The notes under the pieces are model-generated. The model had not been told where the DNA came from. It made no database searches and saw nothing but the letters and a program-made list of their open reading frames with translations. This document shows, one piece after another, positions 36,029 through 40,470 of a stretch of 40,470 nucleotides of DNA (position 1 is its first letter; every line of letters begins with the position of its first letter). This DNA is from Glaciecola sp. (GTDB lineage: Bacteria > Bacteroidota > Bacteroidia > Flavobacteriales_C > GCA-002722245), in NCBI GenBank assembly GCA_047632015.1, contig JBLIBC010000001.1, positions 1 through 40,470 of the forward strand, in the 5' to 3' direction. The translations under genes were made by a program, and so were the position numbers.

Positions 36029-36982
36029 ATGAGAATTGTACTTGGATTATTCATTATTTTTGGATTAACGGCTTGTTCGTCTAAAGCACAAAATGTAAAT
36101 ACGCACAAAAAACAACAAACAATGAGTCAAAACAATTGGAAGGATTTAAACCAAGAAGAATCAAGGGTGATAATAAACAAAGGGACGGAATATCCTTTTA
36201 CGGGGGAGTATAATGACAACAAAGATTCCGGAATATATCACTGTAAACAATGTCATAATGCACTTTTTACATCTCAAGATAAGTTTGATTCAGGTTCAGG
36301 GTGGCCAAGTTTTGACGATGCTATTGAAGGAGCTGTTAAAGAGGTATTGGACAATGATGGTAAGAGGTCAGAAATTGTGTGCTCAAATTGCGAGGGTCAT
36401 TTAGGTCATGTATTTAAAGGAGAAGAAATGACTTCAAAAAGTACAAGACATTGTGTTAATTCAATAAGTCTAGATTTTGTTGGAGCTGAGGGGAATGTAA
36501 AAAAAGACACGGCCTATTTTGGATCAGGATGTTTTTGGGGTACTGAATATTATTTGCAGCAGTTAAAAGGTGTGGTATCGACTGATGTTGGATACATGGG
36601 AGGACATGTTAAAAACCCATCTTATAAGGAAGTATGTACTGGTAAAACTGGTCATGCCGAGGTTGTTAAAGTAGTTTTCGATACTGATTCTGTTTCGTAC
36701 AAGGAGCTTGCTACGTTGTTTTTTGAAACACATGATCCCACACAGGTGGACGGGCAGGGTCCAGATATTGGAACACAGTATAGAAGCGAAGTTTTTTATA
36801 CTTCAGATGATCAGAAAACGGTAATCGATGACCTTATTTCAATATTAACTACCAAAGGATATGACGTAGCTACTAAACTTACTAAAGCTCCAGTGTTTTG
36901 GGAAGGTGAAGGGTACCATCAAGATTATTATCAAGGTAATGGGGGAAGACCATATTGTCACAGTTATAAAAAAATATTTTAG
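36029..36982 (+). CDS. Bifunctional methionine sulfoxide reductase MsrB-MsrA, lipoprotein or exported form
   Basis: Lipobox GLTAC. MsrB: CKQCHNALF...GSGWPSF...CSNCEGHLGHVF...RHCVNS. MsrA: GSGCFWGTEYY...GHAEVVKV. Confidence 0.92.
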   Translation: MRIVLGLFIIFGLTACSSKAQNVNTHKKQQTMSQNNWKDLNQEESRVIINKGTEYPFTGEYNDNKDSGIYHCKQCHNALFTSQDKFDSGSGWPSFDDAIEGAVKEVLDNDGKRSEIVCSNCEGHLGHVFKGEEMTSKSTRHCVNSISLDFVGAEGNVKKDTAYFGSGCFWGTEYYLQQLKGVVSTDVGYMGGHVKNPSYKEVCTGKTGHAEVVKVVFDTDSVSYKELATLFFETHDPTQVDGQGPDIGTQYRSEVFYTSDDQKTVIDDLISILTTKGYDVATKLTKAPVFWEGEGYHQDYYQGNGGRPYCHSYKKIF

Positions 36983-36992
36983 CTCGCAAAAA

Positions 36993-37340
36993 ATGGCAAG
37001 GTATAATAAGCATATTCGAATAGGCTTGATCGAGTTGATGAATAAATACCCTGACCAAGAACTTGAATTTACAGCTAGGTTTTTAGCAAGAAAAAACCCT
37101 ACCTGGATTACTGTGAGTCAACTTTGTCACAATGAATATAAAGAAGTATTAGCTAGGCATTTAAATTTGCCTGTACATAAGTTAAATGTGGACAAGGAAG
37201 TGCTGGATACAATGACTAAAGGCCAAAAACTAATCCTTAAGGCGGTCATTTCAACTTACAATACCAATGGTGTAACAAGGGCCACTCTTAAACCAGCTGA
37301 TAAACCTGGCGTAATTCAAATAGAATTCTTTCTTGACTAA
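36993..37340 (+). CDS. Hypothetical protein, 115 aa
   Basis: The ATG at 36993 starts just after the msrBA stop. The listed start at 36906 would overlap msrBA by 77 nt. No domain recognised. Confidence 0.45.
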   Translation: MARYNKHIRIGLIELMNKYPDQELEFTARFLARKNPTWITVSQLCHNEYKEVLARHLNLPVHKLNVDKEVLDTMTKGQKLILKAVISTYNTNGVTRATLKPADKPGVIQIEFFLD

Positions 37341-37363
37341 AGTTGATTGATGTCAGATTTTAC

Positions 37364-37789
37364 CTAAAAATCCGATTTTAGCTTAGTGAGCTTATAAAGC
37401 GATACCCATTCTTCTTTCGACTCATTACCGTTGGTAATAATACTATCTTTCTTCTCGTATTTCCACGTTTGATACTCAGAAGCATCAAGTAAAATATCAT
37501 AAGTTTTAGGAGCTCCCTCACCAATGGTTAAGGTAATTTCTTCTTTAGATACCGCCCATTCAATGTCTTCTTTGATGTCGTCATGTGCAAAAGACCCAGT
37601 TCCTCCTTGTCTAAAAGTCATGGTTCCGTACTCACTTGCATCAAGTGTGTCTGATATAAAAATTGAATTAACAATGTAAAACCCAGTTTCGGCTGCATTC
37701 CATTTTCCAAGCAATGCTCGTTCAGTTGATTCTGAACAGGAAATCATAAAGCTACAAATGGCAATTAAAAGTAAAAATTTGACCTTCAT
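37364..37789 (-). CDS. Small lipoprotein, lipocalin-like (LLGKW-type) candidate
   Basis: Start chosen at MKVKFLLLIAICSFMISC (lipobox), followed by ALLGKWNA..., typical of Bacteroidota lipocalin-like lipoproteins. Confidence 0.55.
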   Translation of the reverse strand: MKVKFLLLIAICSFMISCSESTERALLGKWNAAETGFYIVNSIFISDTLDASEYGTMTFRQGGTGSFAHDDIKEDIEWAVSKEEITLTIGEGAPKTYDILLDASEYQTWKYEKKDSIITNGNESKEEWVSLYKLTKLKSDF

Positions 37790-37930
37790 ATAACTGAGTT
37801 TGTTGGTAAATGTAAGAATAATCAAATTATCCCATCGTGAATTACCTTTTGGTTTTTTAACTCGTCCTTTTTTCCTTTATCTTCGTGGCTTATGCTAAGG
37901 CAACAAATGGCTTTATGGTAGCTAGTAATT

Positions 37931-39247
37931 ATGAAAGATTTTTCAGATTTAGGATTAAATAGACAGCTGCTGAATGCAATTGATGACCTAGGATACAGGG
38001 AACCTACTGATATTCAAAAAAAGGCTATTCCAAAAATATTAAATGGTCAACATGTGATTGGAGTTGCTCCAACTGGAACTGGAAAAACAGCATCCTACGT
38101 ATTGCCGATATTGAAAAAGCTTAATTACGCTCAAGGAACTAACCCTCGGTGTGTCATTTTTTTACCTACTCATGAGTTGGTGTACCAAGTACATCAAAAT
38201 TTAACTGAACTAGGAAAATACACTGATTTACGATTTGTAAAAGTTTTTGGAGGCGGCGGGATTAAAGCGCAACGTCAAACGCTGGAAGAAGGTTGTGATA
38301 TTATTATTGCTACTCCTGGTAGGTTCATGGATTTATATTCAACTGGTTATATTCATTTGAAATCAGTGAATACGATGGTGCTTGATGAAGCTGATAAAAT
38401 GATGGACATGGGGTTCATGCCGCAACTAAATAAAATTTTAGAGATTGTTCCTAAGAAAAAACAAAACCTCTTGTTTTCAGCTACTTTCCATAAGAATATT
38501 GAAAAGCTTAGTCAGGATTTTTTAGAATTCCCTGTTAAAATTGAAATTAAACATCAATATAAAACGGTTGACACAGTGGAGCAATTCATGTATAAAACCC
38601 CAAATTATGCTACTAAGTGCAATTTGCTGCTGCATTTACTTGAGAGCGAAAGTCTATCAAGGGTGTTGGTTTTTACTAGAACAAAAGAGACAGCAGGTCA
38701 CTTACATAAATTTTTGGAACGAAAGGATTCGGGAGAGTGGAGTGTGATCCATGCAAATAAAGGTCAAAACACAAGGATCAACGCTTTTACAAAATTCCAA
38801 GAAGGAAGTTTGCGAGGTATCGTTGCTACTGATGTGGTGGCACGAGGAATTGATATTTCTGAAGTGACACACGTCATCAATTTTGAAATTCCAGTGATGT
38901 ATTCTGAATACATTCACCGAATAGGACGTACCGGAAGGGCTAAGAAAGAGGGCGTATCCATTACTTTTACTTCTCCAGTTGAGGAATTCCATGCAGTAAA
39001 AATAGAGGCAATGATAGGCAAAGAGATTCCTTTGCTTCCAATTCCAGACGAGGTTGAAGTTTGTATAACTTCTCCAGCAGAAGCTCGTAACTATGCCCGA
39101 GAATTAGACAGATTAAAAAAGAAAGAAGATCCTAGCTATCAAGGAGCATTTCACCAGCGCAAAGGCGAGGCTAAGAGGACTCAGGTGAGTAAAAGAAACC
39201 TGCGAGCTTATAAGTTTTCAGGCAAACGAAGAAATAAAAAAAAATAA
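37931..39247 (+). CDS. DEAD-box ATP-dependent RNA helicase (RhlE-like) with a basic C-terminal tail
   Basis: Q-motif (PTDIQKKAIP), motif I APTGTGKT, DEAD (VLDEAD), SAT (FSATF), ARGIDI, HRIGRTGRA. Confidence 0.93.
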   Translation: MKDFSDLGLNRQLLNAIDDLGYREPTDIQKKAIPKILNGQHVIGVAPTGTGKTASYVLPILKKLNYAQGTNPRCVIFLPTHELVYQVHQNLTELGKYTDLRFVKVFGGGGIKAQRQTLEEGCDIIIATPGRFMDLYSTGYIHLKSVNTMVLDEADKMMDMGFMPQLNKILEIVPKKKQNLLFSATFHKNIEKLSQDFLEFPVKIEIKHQYKTVDTVEQFMYKTPNYATKCNLLLHLLESESLSRVLVFTRTKETAGHLHKFLERKDSGEWSVIHANKGQNTRINAFTKFQEGSLRGIVATDVVARGIDISEVTHVINFEIPVMYSEYIHRIGRTGRAKKEGVSITFTSPVEEFHAVKIEAMIGKEIPLLPIPDEVEVCITSPAEARNYARELDRLKKKEDPSYQGAFHQRKGEAKRTQVSKRNLRAYKFSGKRRNKKK

Positions 39248-39258
39248 CTACATAAATT

Positions 39259-39289
39259 TTTGCACATTAACTACTAAGCAATATATTTG
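39259..39289 (+). promoter_or_regulatory. Bacteroidota-type promoter for tRNA-Val: -33 TTTG, 19-nt spacer, -7 TATATTTG
   Basis: TTTG at 39259-39262 and TATATTTG at 39282-39289. The mature tRNA begins at 39304. Confidence 0.5.
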
Positions 39290-39303
39290 CACTCCAGTAA
39301 ATT

Positions 39304-39378
39304 GGGAGATTAGCTCAGCTGGTTCAGAGCACCTGCCTTACAAGCAGGGGGTCACTGGTTCGAACCCAGTATCTCCCA
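39304..39378 (+). tRNA. tRNA-Val (anticodon TAC)
   Basis: Folded by hand. Acceptor GGGAGAT/ATCTCCC plus A; D-arm GCTC/GAGC; anticodon stem CCTGC/GCAGG with loop CTTACAA; T-arm ACTGG-TTCGAAC-CCAGT. 75 nt. Confidence 0.95.
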
Positions 39379-39390
39379 CACTTAGATAAC

Positions 39391-39425
39391 AAAGCCTTTC
39401 AGGATTTCCTCGAAAGGCTTTTTTT
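39391..39425 (+). terminator. Strong intrinsic terminator after tRNA-Val
   Basis: aaagcctttc ... gaaaggcttt (10 bp, extendable by agg/cct) followed by a T-run. Confidence 0.8.
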
Positions 39426-39441
39426 ATGCTAAATGGTGAAA

Positions 39442-39463
39442 TGTACAAACATTGTACAAACAT
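39442..39463 (+). repeat. Perfect tandem 11-mer TGTACAAACAT x2
   Basis: Read directly. Each unit contains the palindrome TGTACA. Confidence 0.9.
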
Positions 39464-39760
39464 TTTTGAAAATTCCGATCCAAAAGTCATTTGATGAGGT
39501 ATGATTTCGTTTGAAATCAGGATCAGTGAGAAAAGTATTTTTGAAGTATAAGGTGAAATTTGAAAAGATATTTTTTTTATTTAGTTAGTTGAAAATAAAA
39601 AATATTTAAACCTATTGATTCTGTAAGAAAGGTAACGATACAGTTTGCTTTCTTTTGAAAGAAGTTAACAATCCAAGACTCGAACCAGTTCTTTTGCGAA
39701 AAAAATAGGGACGGCTATGGGACAGACGTTATTTAATATTCAATTCGCACGTAAGGCTTT

Positions 39761-39781
39761 CATCAGTGATGTTCACTGATG
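39761..39781. repeat. Perfect 9-bp inverted repeat with a 3-nt spacer (CATCAGTGA tgt TCACTGATG)
   Basis: Read directly. Confidence 0.9.
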
Positions 39782-40180
39782 TTTATTTGTTCTAAACACA
39801 TTTTCAGTAACGTTCATCACATAGTCGATTATTCAGTTTAATGCAATTAATCGTAACTAGTCGCTATTAATCGGGATTGGGAGCGATAAATTGTGAATTT
39901 CAGTTTTGCTTGTCCTATTAATGCAGGAATCTTAAATTCCTTCCAAATACAGATGCAATGCTTTTGTAAATCCACAAAAAAATGATTCAACCTTAAACTA
40001 CATTGTAAATTCTATTTGGTAAAAATCTGGGATCCATAGGATTGAAATATACAGTGAAAAGAGATTGAGAATTTGTTCTCGATGCTTTTACTGTTTATTT
40101 TTCTGTGGTAAAATCAAATTGAACATAACGGACATGCTAGGTAAAATCAATGATTCATTACTAATCCCAAGTTAAATGAT

Positions 40181-40200
40181 TGTAAAAAACTGTAAAAAAC
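40181..40200 (+). repeat. Perfect tandem 10-mer TGTAAAAAAC x2
   Basis: Read directly. It lies 21 nt upstream of a TAACTTTG box (40221-40228). Confidence 0.9.
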
Positions 40201-40255
40201 AAAAATACAGTGAATTTTACTAACTTTGATTAGGTGATAGGTTTTTAATTCTAAA

Positions 40256-40277
40256 ATTACCTATTTTTATAGGTAAT
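40256..40277. repeat. 9-bp inverted repeat / hairpin (ATTACCTAT tttt ATAGGTAAT)
   Basis: Read directly. It lies between the 40221 box and the ATG at 40448. Confidence 0.8.
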
Positions 40278-40447
40278 ACATCTTTTAAGAATATTAAGTG
40301 TTAGATAAACTAAAATTAATTACACAAAGAGACAAAATTAACATACTTAATGCAATGTGCAGGCACATTAGCATATTAAGCATCAACCGGGCTTAAGGTA
40401 TACAGGATCAATCGGATAATATGAATATTTATTTAAAACGTAAAAAA

Positions 40448-40470
40448 ATGAAAAAGAAATCTATTATTAT
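40448..40470 (+). CDS. Possible 5' end of a gene (MKKKSII...) running off the window
   Basis: ATG followed by a Lys-rich then hydrophobic start typical of a signal peptide. Only 7 codons are visible. Confidence 0.25.

Noticed and set aside
36906-36992. Extension of the 36993 ORF overlapping msrBA
   Set aside because: It would overlap msrBA by 77 nt in another frame. The ATG at 36993 directly follows the msrBA stop.
39678-39688. ACTCGAACCAG, resembling the reverse complement of a tRNA T-arm, as a tRNA remnant or att duplicate
   Set aside because: The flanks do not form a T-stem or acceptor stem. It does not match the 3' end of the adjacent tRNA-Val beyond the generic TTCGA core.
39426-40447. 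Chromosomal replication origin (oriC) in the AT-rich ORF-free region
   Set aside because: Only weak DnaA-box-like 9-mers were found, each with 2 mismatches to TTATCCACA: AAATCCACA near 39968 and TGTGGTAAA near 40103. There is no cluster of good boxes and no dnaA/dnaN nearby.
1-40470. CRISPR arrays, IS elements/transposases, integrases, restriction-modification or other defence or toxin-antitoxin genes
   Set aside because: I looked for regularly spaced direct repeats, terminal inverted repeats, and DDE, tyrosine-recombinase or nuclease motifs in all listed ORFs and gaps, and found none. The only repeats are the short tandem and inverted ones reported above.

Overview
This reads as a low-GC Bacteroidota (Flavobacteriia-like) chromosomal segment. 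Supporting signs are a PorP/SprF gene, a gliding-type C-terminal sorting domain, TAnnTTTG promoter boxes and no Shine-Dalgarno sequences. All product calls come from motifs read by eye; no searches were run.

Most of the window is tightly packed housekeeping:
- an aminotransferase tail, a TamB-like giant and a lipoprotein
- DUF4202, mazG, a short MenE-like ligase, greA-HIT
- bioD-queE, a thioesterase, thrS-infC-rpmI-rplT
- a cysteine desulfurase, tRNA-Leu(TAG), tig-clpP-clpX-dnaX, a HAD hydrolase
- a cytochrome-oxidase accessory operon: cyoE, two CoxIII-family genes, CoxIV, an SCO-like gene, SCO and DUF420
- msrBA, a DEAD-box helicase and tRNA-Val(TAC)

The one accessory-looking block is 27.3-35.9 kb. 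A 1538-aa PKD-repeat protein with a T9SS type-B C-terminal domain is transcribed divergently from an operon of an M43-like protein, PorP/SprF and a TPR/beta-propeller/OmpA protein. The M43-like protein has a destroyed zinc site.

Strongest observations:
1. dnaX is split at an A10 run. The tau-specific C-terminus is reachable only by a -1 shift or one extra A in the mRNA.
2. The M43 metzincin motif is doubly inactivated (HILGH...N), inside the T9SS cargo module.
3. A cysteine-less SCO paralog sits directly upstream of the canonical SCO.
4. About 1 kb after tRNA-Val is ORF-free, AT-rich and full of tandem repeats and palindromes.
5. A terminator-like hairpin sits in the obligatory greA leader, and a promoter-to-terminator unit could be a small RNA.

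I saw no CRISPR array, IS element, integrase or recognisable defence or toxin system. I cannot honestly claim a demonstrably new system; the items above are candidates for follow-up.
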